A DNA stretch of 64,000 bases from an uncultured Nitrososphaerota archaeon (GCA_963718895.1 CAVRAG010000008.1:1088001-1152000), one strand, 5' to 3'. Positions 1 to 10,098 are shown, counted from the stretch's first letter. The notes: a model not told the origin generated them from the letters alone. A program made the numbers and translations.

Positions 1-16
1 CGAGCCGCGAGAGGCA

Positions 17-769
17 TTGCTGAAGGTCGTTCCTGGAGAGGCCGCGCTGGTATTCTTGGAGCAGGAGGAGCGCACCCTCTTGATCTCAGACCTCCACCTC
101 GGCCTCGAGAAGGAGATGGCCAAGAAAGGATTCAGGATAACGTCGTACTCCGCGAAGATCCTGGACAGGATAAACGCGCTAGCCGAGAGGTACAGGGCGA
201 ACAGGATCGTGGTCTTGGGCGACGTGAAGCACTCCATCGGCAAGGTCGAGGATATCGACTGGACCGTCCTCCCGTGGTTCTTCGAGACCCTCCTCGACGT
301 CTTCGCCTCGGTCGAGGTCGTCCCGGGCAACCACGATGGGGGGATAAGGTCGCTCATCCCCGGCAGGGTGAAGGTTCACCCCTCCGACGGCATGGTGATA
401 GGGACGGAGGAGAAGGTCGGGGTGACCCACGGCCACTCCTGGCCCTCGAGGGAAGTGATATCCTGCGGGAAGATGGTGATGGGACACTCCCACTTCAGGT
501 ACGAGATGAGGGACAGGTTCGGGGCGAGGAGCAAGGAGGCGGTCTGGCTCTTTGCAAAGTATGACGTCGGGAAACTGCTCAGCAAGGCGGGCTACGAGGG
601 TGGCGCAGGGGAGGTGGGGGAGCTGATGGTCATGCCTCCCTTCAACAACCTGGTCGGAGGCCAGGCTATCAACGCGAAGGGTGGCTTCGACTTCGGGCCT
701 GTTCTGTCTTCAGGGACCGTCGACGTGGAAGGCGCCGACATATTCCTCTTGGACGGGACGCGCGTCTGA
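17..769 (+). CDS. Calcineurin-like metallophosphoesterase (archaeal ICC-like)
   Basis: Motifs SDLHLG, LGDVKH, GNHD, THGH and GHSH. Confidence 0.85.
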   Translation: MLKVVPGEAALVFLEQEERTLLISDLHLGLEKEMAKKGFRITSYSAKILDRINALAERYRANRIVVLGDVKHSIGKVEDIDWTVLPWFFETLLDVFASVEVVPGNHDGGIRSLIPGRVKVHPSDGMVIGTEEKVGVTHGHSWPSREVISCGKMVMGHSHFRYEMRDRFGARSKEAVWLFAKYDVGKLLSKAGYEGGAGEVGELMVMPPFNNLVGGQAINAKGGFDFGPVLSSGTVDVEGADIFLLDGTRV

Positions 770-771
770 GG

Positions 772-1137
772 CTACCGATACGCGCCCGACCCGTTGAGCG
801 ACTTCTGGATGAGCCGGTCGAGTGCGACCTCGCCGACCGCGCCGATGGCGGCGTCCACAGGGTGGCCGTGCTTGAAGACCATGAAGGTCGGTATCGACTG
901 GACGTCGTATCTTGTCGCTATCTCAGACTGTTCGTCGGTGTTCAGCTTCCCGAAGACGACCTTCCCGGCGTACTTCGCGGCAAGGCGGTCCACGACCGGC
1001 TCCATCGCCCTGCAGGGCGGGCACCAGACAGCCCAGAAGTCCACGAAGACGGGCCGTCCGTCGTTCACGTACTTGTCGAAGTCGGAAGAGGTTAGCGTGA
1101 CTATCGACGCGTGTTTCGAGGAGGCTTCCAGAGTCAT
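772..1137 (-). CDS. trxA: Thioredoxin
   Basis: VDFWAVWCPPC active site and SIPT motif. Start placed at ATG 1137 (MTLEASS) rather than at the ORF-track start 1293. Confidence 0.9.
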   Translation of the reverse strand: MTLEASSKHASIVTLTSSDFDKYVNDGRPVFVDFWAVWCPPCRAMEPVVDRLAAKYAGKVVFGKLNTDEQSEIATRYDVQSIPTFMVFKHGHPVDAAIGAVGEVALDRLIQKSLNGSGAYR

Positions 1138-1239
1138 CCTCTTCGCCTTCTCGTTTAGAATGTTTGCAAGTTCAGGATCAGACAACAGGTTTATGTCGGA
1201 CTGAGCGATGTATTTTAAGATTCCCGGGTTGTAGATCGA

Positions 1240-1854
1240 TTGACACTTCCATCTGAGGCGCGAATCGACGCCAACTCTGAGGGGCTTTGGCACGAGGAGC
1301 CGGTCGAGAGAATCGCGCGCAAGACCGCGGCCGTCGCAGTGATTCTCAGGTCAAGCCGTTCCGGCCAAGAACTGCTCCTGATGAGACGGGCAGACAGGGA
1401 AGGCGACCCCTGGTCCGGACAGGTGGCGTTTCCGGGTGGAAGGGTCGAAAGGGCTGACCGAAGCTTCAGGGAGACGGCAGCCCGTGAAGCCTTCGAGGAG
1501 TTGGGCCTAGTCCTGGACACGGAGAGGGACTTCATCGGTTACATGAGCCCGTTTCATACGCACGTCGGGGAGATGCCGGTGGTTCCGGCCCTCTTCAACG
1601 TGAGCGCGCCAGCACCAATCCTGCCAAACGCGGAGGTCTCCTCGTTCCGCTGGATAGCCCTCAGGGCCATCCGAGACCCGAAGAACCGCTCGGCATATGT
1701 CTTCGAGAGCGGGGGTATAGAACGGAGCCTCCCCTCGTACTCCCTCGATGGGTATCTGGTCTGGGGTCTGACGGAGAGGATGCTCTCTGCGCTCCTGGAA
1801 TTGGGGCCGGCATCGCTCCCCGAAACGACCCCGACCCGTTCGAGAACTACTTAG
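1240..1854 (+). CDS. Nudix hydrolase, CoA-pyrophosphatase-like
   Basis: WSGQVAFPGG followed by Nudix box ETAAREAFEELG; C-terminal VWGLT. Start uncertain. Confidence 0.85.
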   Translation: MTLPSEARIDANSEGLWHEEPVERIARKTAAVAVILRSSRSGQELLLMRRADREGDPWSGQVAFPGGRVERADRSFRETAAREAFEELGLVLDTERDFIGYMSPFHTHVGEMPVVPALFNVSAPAPILPNAEVSSFRWIALRAIRDPKNRSAYVFESGGIERSLPSYSLDGYLVWGLTERMLSALLELGPASLPETTPTRSRTT

Positions 1855-2302
1855 AGTAGGCCCTTATCTCTGCGAGCAGCGAGGGGTTTTCGCGCAGGAG
1901 CTCAACAAGCTTCTCAATCCTGTAGATCGTTATTGGTTGGACGTGGTGCTCGATTCCCTCGGTGTCCTCATAGGCGACCTTGCCCTCCACCCCGATGAGA
2001 GTGAGGAACTCCGAGAGGATTTCATGCCTCCTTATCACCGAGCGAGCCAGCTTCTCGCCCATTTCGGTGAGCAAGGTTCCCCGGTACGCTTCGTGCAGCA
2101 CGTATCCCTTCGACGCGAGCTTCCCGATCATGATCGATACCGTCGGAGGGGTGACCTCGAGCTTGTCCGAGATGTCGACAGTCGTCGCGTAGCCCTTCTC
2201 CTTGATGAGGTGATAGACTGCTTCAAGGTAGTCCTCGGAACGAGGAGTCTCATGCTTGCTCCGCGGTTGCCTCGGCATCCTTTCACATGCAATCACAGGC
2301 AA
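1847..2302 (-). CDS. mntR: DtxR/MntR-family metal-dependent repressor
   Basis: EDYLEAVY, HTH, RRHEILSEFL and EGIEH motifs; divergent from an Nramp gene. Confidence 0.85.
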   Translation of the reverse strand: MPVIACERMPRQPRSKHETPRSEDYLEAVYHLIKEKGYATTVDISDKLEVTPPTVSIMIGKLASKGYVLHEAYRGTLLTEMGEKLARSVIRRHEILSEFLTLIGVEGKVAYEDTEGIEHHVQPITIYRIEKLVELLRENPSLLAEIRAYSK

Positions 2303-2311
2303 CTTAAAAGG

Positions 2312-2351
2312 TTTATAATTAGGCTAGTCTAAACTCTTTTGACTGGTCTAA
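2312..2351 (+). promoter_or_regulatory. TATA box plus two tandem DtxR/MntR-type operators for mntH
   Basis: TTTATAAT at 2312-2319. Near-palindrome TTAGGCTAGTCTAA at 2319-2332 and a second copy TTTGACTGGTCTAA at 2338-2351; both resemble DtxR/MntR boxes (TTAGGNNAGCCTAA type). Confidence 0.7.
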
Positions 2352-2352
2352 G

Positions 2353-3622
2353 TTGAAGATCGCGAAGCTAGAGGCAGACCTCGATTCGCGGAAGGACCGT
2401 AGGGTGCGGTCGATCAGGCAGTTCATCGCGTACCTAGGGCCGACGCTCATCGTGAGCATGGCCTACATGGACCCGGGCAACTACGGCACGGGGATCCAGG
2501 CGGGGGCCCATCTTCAACTACGACCTGCTCTGGTCGGTCTGGGCAGCGAGCCTCTTCGCCATGGTTCTGCAGTACCTCTCCGGGAAGCTAGGTATCGCGA
2601 CGAATCACAGCCTTCCAGAGCTTCTGAGGACGTCGCTCAAGAAGCGCAGATACATAATCCCATACTGGCTGGGGGCCGAAATCGCTGCGGCCGCAACCGA
2701 CCTCGCCGAATATCTCGGGACAGTGATAGCGCTCAACATCCTGTTCGACATCCCGCTCCTCTACGCCGCCGTCTTCGGCGCGTTCGACGTCCTCATCCTG
2801 CTCGCCCTGACCTCTAGAAAGTTCAAGGTGCTCGAGCACTTCTTCCTGCTCTTCGTCTCGATAATCAGCTTCGGGTTCCTCTACGAGTCGATCGTGATCA
2901 AGCCGAACATCAACCAGAAACTTGTGCACTCGGTATCAATCAGCGTCAACCAGATGAGCGTTCTGGCGGTAGTCGGGATAATCGGCGCGACGGTGATGCC
3001 CCACGCGCTGTTCCTGCACTCCGACCTCACCAAGACGAGGGCAGAGGGCGCGACGATAGAAGAGAAGAGGGATCTGAGGAGGCTCCACCGGAACGAGGTC
3101 ATGGTCATCCTTGGTATCGCCGCGCTTGTGATCGTGGCCATCCTCGTAACGGCGGCCGCGGCCTTCTATCCGAATTACCAGAACATCTCCACCATCAAGC
3201 AGGCCTACGACATCCTCGTCCCCCTGTTCGGCAAGCTCGCTGCGGTCATCTTCGCGATAACTCTCCTCTCCTCGGGGCTCGCGTCGTCAATCACCGGGAC
3301 CCTGGCCGGCATCTCGATAATGAACGGACTTCTAGGGGTGTCGGTTAATGTCACGCTGAGGAGGATAGTGACGAGGTTCATCAATGTGTTCCCGACGACG
3401 ATAGCGATACTCCTGGGGATCAACCCACTCGCGCTGCTCGTGTACAGCCAGATCTTCCTCAGCATCCTGATTCCGCTTCCCATGATACCGCTGCTCATCT
3501 ACACGAGCAGGCGGGGGGTGATGGGAGAGTTCGTCAACCGCCACACGACGACCATCGTCGCGTCACTGGTGGCGCTTGTGATCGTAGTCCTCAACGTGTA
3601 CCTGACATTCAGTTCTGTCTAG
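2353..3622 (+). CDS. mntH: Nramp Mn2+/Fe2+ transporter (one +1 frameshift near 2507-2509, probably a sequencing error)
   Basis: AYMDPGN in ORF 2353 continues into [13 protein letters not shown] and SSITGTLAG in ORF 2561. Confidence 0.9.
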
Positions 3623-4119
3623 AAGACAGGGACGAGCGACTGCTGCCTCTTCTGCGCCCGCGACCTCCTCACCTCGCCGCGCTCGTAGGGGAAGACGACC
3701 CAGGTGTCGACGGTCTGGAGAGAGAAATCGGGGACGAAGGCGCTCCATGGTTTCGTGAAAAGGACGGCCGTCTTTATGGCTCGCGGCTTCTCGGAGCCGA
3801 GGTACCCCGTGACGGTCTCCATCGTCTCGCCGCCGTCCACGAGATCGTCGACCACGAGCACCTTCTTCCCAGAGATGTCTTCTATGATCGTCGTGAGGAT
3901 CTTCGGCTTCGTCCGCTCCCCTACGTCGGTGTATGACTTCACGTTGAGGAAGTCTATCTTGCAGCCGAGTCTGTCCGATACAACCATGGCGACCGGGATC
4001 CCGCCCCTCGCGATCCCGACCACCAAGTCAAACTTCTCTCCGCTCGAGATCACGATGTCAGCCAGCCTGGTCACGAGTTCGCCGTACTGGGCCCAACTCA
4101 GATAACGCAGCTTCGGCAA
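3619..4119 (-). CDS. Type I phosphoribosyltransferase (purine salvage, Hpt/Gpt-like)
   Basis: GIARGG, PRPP motif VLVVDDLVDGGET, WVVFPYE. Confidence 0.85.
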   Translation of the reverse strand: MPKLRYLSWAQYGELVTRLADIVISSGEKFDLVVGIARGGIPVAMVVSDRLGCKIDFLNVKSYTDVGERTKPKILTTIIEDISGKKVLVVDDLVDGGETMETVTGYLGSEKPRAIKTAVLFTKPWSAFVPDFSLQTVDTWVVFPYERGEVRRSRAQKRQQSLVPVF

Positions 4120-4153
4120 TCGACCTGCTCCTCCGCGACCCTCTAAAAAGTCT

Positions 4154-5086
4154 TCAAGCCGCGTCCGCCGGGCCGGCTGATTCTGGCTTCGGCTCAGGCG
4201 GCGCCACCAGGACCCTCCCCGGCCTGATGCGGGAGATGTAGATCCCGGCGAACATTATGACCACCCCGAGAATCTCGACCGAGGTCGGTATCTCGCCCGT
4301 AAGGAGGGCTTGGATGACGACCGAGGTGGCAGGGACGGCGAACGCCAGAGTGGTGACCCTGCCTATCGAGTCCATCCTAGCCATGGTGTTCCACAGCAGA
4401 AGCGTGATGGCGCCCCCGATCACCGAGACGTATCCGAGGTCGATGAAGAACCCGGGGGCGGGGTTCAGGTAGAATGTGAATGGAAAGAATGGTAGGAAAA
4501 GGAGACCTCCGATGAAGAACTGGGTCGCGACCGTCCGGACAGGCTCCTGGTTCTTCAGCTTCCTGTAGTACACCGTGTAGAGGCCCCAGAAGAACGCGTT
4601 GGTGACACTGAAGACCACCCCAGTCGTCGAGCCCCCTACCTCTGTCAGCGCGAGGCCGTAGGTCGCGACCCCGACGAACCCGATCAGCGCGCCAAGGGCT
4701 CCAAAACGCGTGGTACCCTCCTTCAGTATCACCACGGCGAGCGGGATCGCGAAGAGCGGCATGGTGTAGCTCAGGACCGCAGACTGCCCTGCGGAGACGT
4801 ACTGGAGACCCAGGGCCCAGAAGGCGCTGCTCAGGAACGCGAACAGCCCCAGGAAGATGGTGTCCCTGTTCAGGATAGGTCTGAAGTTTCGGGCGATTGC
4901 GAAGCATATCGTCGACGCTATGAGGTAGCGGATGCCCATGAAGACGAGTGGGTCGACATACTGGAGACCATCCTTGGCGAACTGGTACTGGAGGCTCGCC
5001 ACGAGCACGTAGGGCAGGGCGTAGGCGAACATGCTTCGAGGGGTGCTCATCGGGGCTGAGCCGGTGGGCATCCCACCTCGCTTCAT
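4154..5086 (-). CDS. EamA/DMT family transporter
   Basis: About 10 hydrophobic segments with duplicated EamA pattern (GLQYVSAGQSAVLSYTMPLF; ILKE). Confidence 0.85.
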   Translation of the reverse strand: MKRGGMPTGSAPMSTPRSMFAYALPYVLVASLQYQFAKDGLQYVDPLVFMGIRYLIASTICFAIARNFRPILNRDTIFLGLFAFLSSAFWALGLQYVSAGQSAVLSYTMPLFAIPLAVVILKEGTTRFGALGALIGFVGVATYGLALTEVGGSTTGVVFSVTNAFFWGLYTVYYRKLKNQEPVRTVATQFFIGGLLFLPFFPFTFYLNPAPGFFIDLGYVSVIGGAITLLLWNTMARMDSIGRVTTLAFAVPATSVVIQALLTGEIPTSVEILGVVIMFAGIYISRIRPGRVLVAPPEPKPESAGPADAA

Positions 5087-5117
5087 AAGTTAGCTGAACG
5101 CAGACTGTTGTCGAGAG

Positions 5118-5207
5118 TGGGCCGGGAGTGATTTGAACACTCGACTTTGGCGGCGACTGCTTTCGCTGTGTAAGAGCGACGTCATAACCAGGCTAGACCA
5201 CCGGCCC
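5118..5207 (-). tRNA. tRNA-Val(UAC) with a 15-nt non-canonical intron at about position 44/45 (5147-5161)
   Basis: Reverse complement reads GGGCCGG-TG-GTCTAGCCTGGTTATGAC-G-TCGCT-CTTACAC-AGCGA-A[AGCAGTCGCCGCCAA]AGTC-GAGTG-TTCAAAT-CACTC-CCGGCCC-A. AT-rich box about 25 nt upstream. Confidence 0.9.
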
Positions 5208-5379
5208 AAGCTCGTCCCGGTTGTGACCGGTAATAAGCATTGGAAGGGTCGCGCACCGCCAAGTCCGGCCGCTGTTCCTCCCACTGCAGGGCGGGCACGC
5301 GGATGGCATCATAGGCGGTCCGAATCCGCATGAGGCAGGCGCAGGGAGGAACCGGGTCCGCGGGAAGCGCCACAAAAAC

Positions 5380-5558
5380 TTAAATATAATTCGCGGGGCC
5401 GACTATCTCGAGTGGCGCGAATGAGAGGGGATCGACTTCATGGGAGCTGGTTCGGTTCATCAGTCGCGTTGACATGCATCTGAATATCAGAAGATTACCC
5501 TCCGGTATTTTCACCGTTACACGTCTTGCGCGTATGTCAACTACGAGAGGTGTAGGAT
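5380..5558 (+). promoter_or_regulatory. his operon promoter and long structured 5' leader
   Basis: AAAAAC-TTAAATATA (BRE/TATA) at 5374-5388; stem GTTGACATGC 5468-5477 / GTATGTCAAC 5532-5541; SD-like GAGGTG at 5547-5552. Confidence 0.55.
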
Positions 5559-6542
5559 ACGGCTGAGCAGCTGAAACTCGCCCTTCCGAAGGGTTCTCTT
5601 GAGAAGGCCACATTCGAGATCTTCCAGAAATCGTACTACAAGATCTCCGGCCAGGATAGGACCTACAGGCCCTATTTCAGCGACCCCGAGATAGAGCTCA
5701 GGATCCTGAGGCCGCAGGAGATCCCCGTCTACGTTGCGGACGGGGTCCAGGACGTGGGCATCACCGGAATAGACTGGATACGAGAGACGGGCGCCAACGT
5801 GGAGAAGGTCCTGGACTTGGAGTACGGGAAGGTGAAGATCGTGACTGCGTTCCCGAAGTCAGCGCCCTACGAGAAGGCGAGCGACCTGCTGGAGGACTAC
5901 TGGAAGAAGGGTAGGTCCGTCCGCGTCTCGGCGGAGTACCTCAATATCACCGCGGAGTACATTAAATCGATACCCACGTACAGGAAGCTCTTCGGGAAGA
6001 AGGAGCCCATGATAATCACCCCGTGGTGGAGGAAGGGGGACAACCCCAGGGCCAGCGTCTACCTCTCGTTCGGGGCGACCGAGGCGAAGCCTCCGGAGAT
6101 TGCCGACATCATAGTGGATGTCACCGAGACGGGCACGACCCTGGAGCAGAACAACCTCAGACAGGCGGAGACCATAATGGTCTCGACGGCCCACCTGGTC
6201 GCGAACAAGTCGGCGCTCAAGGACAGGTGGAAGAGAGAGAAAATCTTCGACCTCAAGGTCATGCTCGGAGGGGTCGTGGAGGCCCAGAAGAAGCTCCACA
6301 TCTTCGTCAACGTGAGGGAGGAGAATCTCCAGAAGCTCCTCTCGCAGCTGCCCGCGCTGAAGAGGCCGACGGTGAGCCCGCTCTCTGAGAAGGGCTGGTA
6401 CGACGTGAACACCGTAATCGGTCGGAGCGACCTGCTCAGGATGCTGCCCACGCTCAGGAAGCTCAGTCAGGGCCTCGTTGTCCACGAGCCGCAGCAGATC
6501 CTCTCTCTTGAGGAGTTCGCGGGAGAGAACGGCGAGAAATGA
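5559..6542 (+). CDS. hisG: ATP phosphoribosyltransferase (long form); apparent ACG start
   Basis: The open frame upstream of the ORF-track start gives AEQLKLALPKGSL...LRPQEIP...DVGITG; also SFGATEAKPP and DVTETGTTL. Confidence 0.93.
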   Translation, partial: TAEQLKLALPKGSLEKATFEIFQKSYYKISGQDRTYRPYFSDPEIELRILRPQEIPVYVADGVQDVGITGIDWIRETGANVEKVLDLEYGKVKIVTAFPKSAPYEKASDLLEDYWKKGRSVRVSAEYLNITAEYIKSIPTYRKLFGKKEPMIITPWWRKGDNPRASVYLSFGATEAKPPEIADIIVDVTETGTTLEQNNLRQAETIMVSTAHLVANKSALKDRWKREKIFDLKVMLGGVVEAQKKLHIFVNVREENLQKLLSQLPALKRPTVSPLSEKGWYDVNTVIGRSDLLRMLPTLRKLSQGLVVHEPQQILSLEEFAGENGEK

Positions 6543-7835
6543 ATGAGCTCCTTCCCCTGATCAGGACCGAAGGAAAGGACTTCGCCCGCGTGGCCGCCCG
6601 CATCAGGGGCCGGAAGCGCGACCTGACCTCCGTGGAGGAGGGGGCGCAGATGATCGATCGCGAGCGTCAGGAGCGGAGGCGACTCCGCGCTCAGGGAGCT
6701 GACGCTCGAGCTGGACCACGCGGACATCGGCCAGGAGATCCGGGTGGGGAAGGACGAGATCGACCGGGCGCTGGGGAGGGTCGACGCCAGACTGCTTGAG
6801 GCGATGAGGTTCTCTCTGAACCGCATCAGGAAGACACAGGGGCAGCTGCTTCGCAGGCTCTCGTACTCCTACGTCTCGAACGGCTTCATCGTGCGGACCA
6901 CCGCCAGGGGCCTTCCCTCTGTTGGGTGCTACATCCCGGGGGGGAGGGCCGTCTACGCCAGCACGGTCCTCATGACGGCGGGGGTGGCCAAGCTAGCCGG
7001 GGTCGGCCGGGTCGTGGTCTGCTCCCCTCCCGACCGGGACGGGGGCGTCAATGATGCCATCCTCGCCGCGGCCAGCATGTGCGGCGTGGATGAGGTCTAC
7101 AGGGTCGGAGGCGCACAGTCGATCGCGGCTCTCGCCTACGGGACAGAGTCGGTGCCGAGCGTCTCCAAGATCGTGGGCCCGGGCGGGCTCTACGTCTCGG
7201 TCGCGAAGCGGCTGGTCTCGAGGGATGTGCCGATCGACTTCTTCGCCGGACCCACGGAGATAGTTGTGGTCGGCGACCGGACGACAGACGCGAGGGTCGC
7301 TGCCTGGGACCTCGTCGGGCAGGCGGAGCACGGACAGGACAGCCTCTGTGGTCTGATCACCTGGGACCCCGGCCTCGCCAGGAAGGTCAGAGAGGAGGTC
7401 GCCAAGATTTCTTCGGGCGCCGAGAGACAGGAGTTCGTGAAGGGCGCCCTGGCCCGCGGGTTTGCGGCGGTCTGTCTCGACAGCGACGCTGCCGTCCGGC
7501 TTGTCAACGCCCTGGCCCCCGAGCATCTGGAGCTCATGATGGACGACCCCGGGGCCTTCTCTGAGAAGGTCAAGAGCGCGGGGTTGGTCCTCTCCGGGAA
7601 GTACGCGCCGTGCGCGGCGAGCGACTACTGCATAGGGACCGACCACGTGATCCCCACCGAAGGATACGCCGCAGTGAGGTCGAGCCTCTCGGTCCTAGAC
7701 TTCGTCAGGCTGAACTGGGCGGTAGAGGGCACGAGGGCGGGACTGAAGGCGGTCATGCCTTCTCTCAAGCTGCTCGCGGAGGCAGAGGGCCTACCCAACC
7801 ACTACAGGTCGGCGGAGTCGCGATTCACGCGATGA
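6539..7835 (+). CDS. hisD: Histidinol dehydrogenase (frameshift near 6655)
   Basis: GCYIPGGRA, GGAQSIAALAYGT, GQAEHG, APEHL, DYCIGTDHVIPT. The N-terminus lies in ORF 6539, with SGGDSALRELT in the shifted frame. Confidence 0.92.
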
Positions 7836-8923
7836 AGGAGACCAGCTACGAAGCTGTCGACCCCGGCGGCGGGACAGCTCTGATACGTCCCGGATCGCGG
7901 GAACTGCTGAAGAAGGTCGATGCCGTCGTCTTCGACTGCGACGGGACGCTGATTGACGTGCGCGAGTCCTACGATGCCACCATAATGAGGACCGTCACTG
8001 CGATGGTCGAGGATTTCTCGGGGATGAGCATGCCGATGGGGGAGGTCGGAGGGAGGATGATCCTGAAAGTCAGGAGCACCGGCGGGTTCAACGGCGACTG
8101 GGACACAACCTATGCCCTCTCGCTCTTCTCCGAGGTTGCCATTGAAAAGTCTCGTAAGGCGGCCCGCGGGAGAGAGGCATCCCTCGAACGCATCGTCGAG
8201 GAACTCTGGCAGCTGGTCGGCGACTTCGCCTCGAAGAAGAGGCTGGCGGGGCACAAGTCGGTGGACAGCTATCTCCTGCGGGAAGGCCTTGCATCCGACA
8301 GGCTCCAAGAGTTTCGAGAGTTTCTCGGTTACCCGGGGACTGCCATGACGAGCGCGATGGCAGCCACGTTCGACCAGATATACTACGGCGGGAAGCTCTA
8401 CCGCGAGATCTACGGAGTCAGACCGGCGGTCTGGCGTGACGAAGGGCTCATAGATAGGGAGACACTCCTGATCAGCCGCGGGGACCTTGTCCGCTTCAAG
8501 AGGATCGTCGGAGGAAAGAAGATGGCAATAGCGACGGGAAGGCCCTTCGTGGCGGTTAAGCACACGTTGGGGCGTCTTCTCGGATACTTCGAGAGGGACG
8601 CCTCCGTCTACATAGGAGACGGCGACATCGACCCTGAGCTCACTTCCGAGATGGCAAGGTACAGGAAACCTAGCGGCGCGAGCCTGGTCCGGGCGCACGA
8701 GGCCCTCTCGGCGAAGGTCATGCTCTACGTCGGAGACTCCGCTGAGGACAGGCTCATGGTGGATGACGCGCGCAGGCGGTACCAGAACACATTCTTTGCG
8801 GGCATATGCGGGAGCTCGTTCGACGAGAGAGCGCAGGTCTCGTATTTCACTCGGACCGATTCCGACCTGCTCGTCGGCTCGGTCAGCCAGGTTCCTGCGG
8901 TACTTGAGATGATCAGAAGATGA
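7832..8923 (+). CDS. HAD-superfamily hydrolase, probable histidinol-phosphate phosphatase
   Basis: VFDCDGTL, ATGRP, KP, YVGDSAED motifs; located inside the his operon; ATG overlaps the hisD stop. Confidence 0.75.
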   Translation: MKETSYEAVDPGGGTALIRPGSRELLKKVDAVVFDCDGTLIDVRESYDATIMRTVTAMVEDFSGMSMPMGEVGGRMILKVRSTGGFNGDWDTTYALSLFSEVAIEKSRKAARGREASLERIVEELWQLVGDFASKKRLAGHKSVDSYLLREGLASDRLQEFREFLGYPGTAMTSAMAATFDQIYYGGKLYREIYGVRPAVWRDEGLIDRETLLISRGDLVRFKRIVGGKKMAIATGRPFVAVKHTLGRLLGYFERDASVYIGDGDIDPELTSEMARYRKPSGASLVRAHEALSAKVMLYVGDSAEDRLMVDDARRRYQNTFFAGICGSSFDERAQVSYFTRTDSDLLVGSVSQVPAVLEMIRR

Positions 8924-9498
8924 GAGAAGCGAGACTCACGAGGAAGACAAAGGAGACGCAGATAGAGCTGTCCGTCAGCATAGACGGGACAGGGAAGTCG
9001 GACTGCAGAACGGGGGTGAAGTTCCTCGACCACATGCTCGACTCCTTCGCCACCCACAGCCTCGTCGACATCAGAGTGAGGGCCAAGGGCGACCTCCAGC
9101 ACCACCTGGTGGAGGACGTCGCTCTCGCGCTGGGGCAGGCCCTGAGCATGGCGCTCTCCGACAGGGCGGGGATAACCCGCTTCGGGCACGCCGTCGTCCC
9201 CATGGACGACACGCTGGCCCTGGTCAGCATCGACCTCGTCAAGAGGCCGTACTCGTCGATCCAGCTCGGGCTCGAACGGGTGATGGTCGAGGACGCCCCG
9301 AGGGAGGACCTCGAGCACTTCTTCGTCTCGCTCGCGACGAGCCTGGGCTCCACGGTGCACGTGAAGATGCTCGACGGGAGGAACGACCACCACAAGTTCG
9401 AGGCGGCCGTCAAGGGCGTCGCCCTTGCTTTCCGCGGCGCCGCGACCCCCGACCCCAGGCGATCCAAGAAGCCGCCTTCCTCCAAGGGCTCGATGTGA
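8920..9498 (+). CDS. hisB: Imidazoleglycerol-phosphate dehydratase
   Basis: RKTKET, FLDHML, HHLVED, PMDD, NDHHKFEA, PSSKG. Confidence 0.96.
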   Translation: MREARLTRKTKETQIELSVSIDGTGKSDCRTGVKFLDHMLDSFATHSLVDIRVRAKGDLQHHLVEDVALALGQALSMALSDRAGITRFGHAVVPMDDTLALVSIDLVKRPYSSIQLGLERVMVEDAPREDLEHFFVSLATSLGSTVHVKMLDGRNDHHKFEAAVKGVALAFRGAATPDPRRSKKPPSSKGSM

Positions 9499-10094
9499 CG
9501 TTGAGGTTCAAGGTCTTCAACTACGGAGCCGGTAACCTCTACAGCATACAGGCGGCTCTGAGAAGGGAGGGGGTGACCCCGAGCGTGACGAGGAAGGGGG
9601 CCGGCATTGAGGAGGCCGACGCGCTGATACTCCCAGGGGTGGGGAGCTTCGACCAGGCCGCGAGGACCCTCCCAATGGAACGGACTCGGGAAGTCATTCG
9701 TTCGGGCAAGCCGGTGCTTGGCGTCTGCCTTGGCCTCCAGTTGTTCTATTCATCGAGCGAGGAGGGTTCGTCGAAGGGGCTGTCGCTTCTCGAAGGCAGG
9801 GTGAGGCGCTTCCCGTCCTCGGTGAAGGTCCCCCAGATCGGCTGGAATACGCTGGCCATCAAGGAGACGAACGATTTCACAGATGGGGTGCCGGACGGGT
9901 CTTGGGTATACTACGTCAACTCCTATGTCCCTGTGGCGAAGGGCGAGTCGGTGGCAGCCACGAGCAGGTACGGAGTGGACTATCCCGCCCTCGTCGCCCA
10001 GAAGAACATCTTCGGCACCCAGTTTCATCCCGAGAAGTCGGGAACCGTCGGTCGCAGGGTCCTTCAGAACTTCATCCGGTCGGTGAGGAGGTAG
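9495..10094 (+). CDS. hisH: Imidazole glycerol phosphate synthase, glutaminase subunit
   Basis: LPGVGSF, GVCLGLQ, PQIGWN, QFHPEKS. Confidence 0.96.
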   Translation: MTLRFKVFNYGAGNLYSIQAALRREGVTPSVTRKGAGIEEADALILPGVGSFDQAARTLPMERTREVIRSGKPVLGVCLGLQLFYSSSEEGSSKGLSLLEGRVRRFPSSVKVPQIGWNTLAIKETNDFTDGVPDGSWVYYVNSYVPVAKGESVAATSRYGVDYPALVAQKNIFGTQFHPEKSGTVGRRVLQNFIRSVRR

Positions 10095-10098
10095 CGGC

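Noticed and set aside
5421-5483. His-rich attenuator leader peptide
   Set aside because: The upstream ORFs contain only one His codon each and there is no terminator/antiterminator pair.
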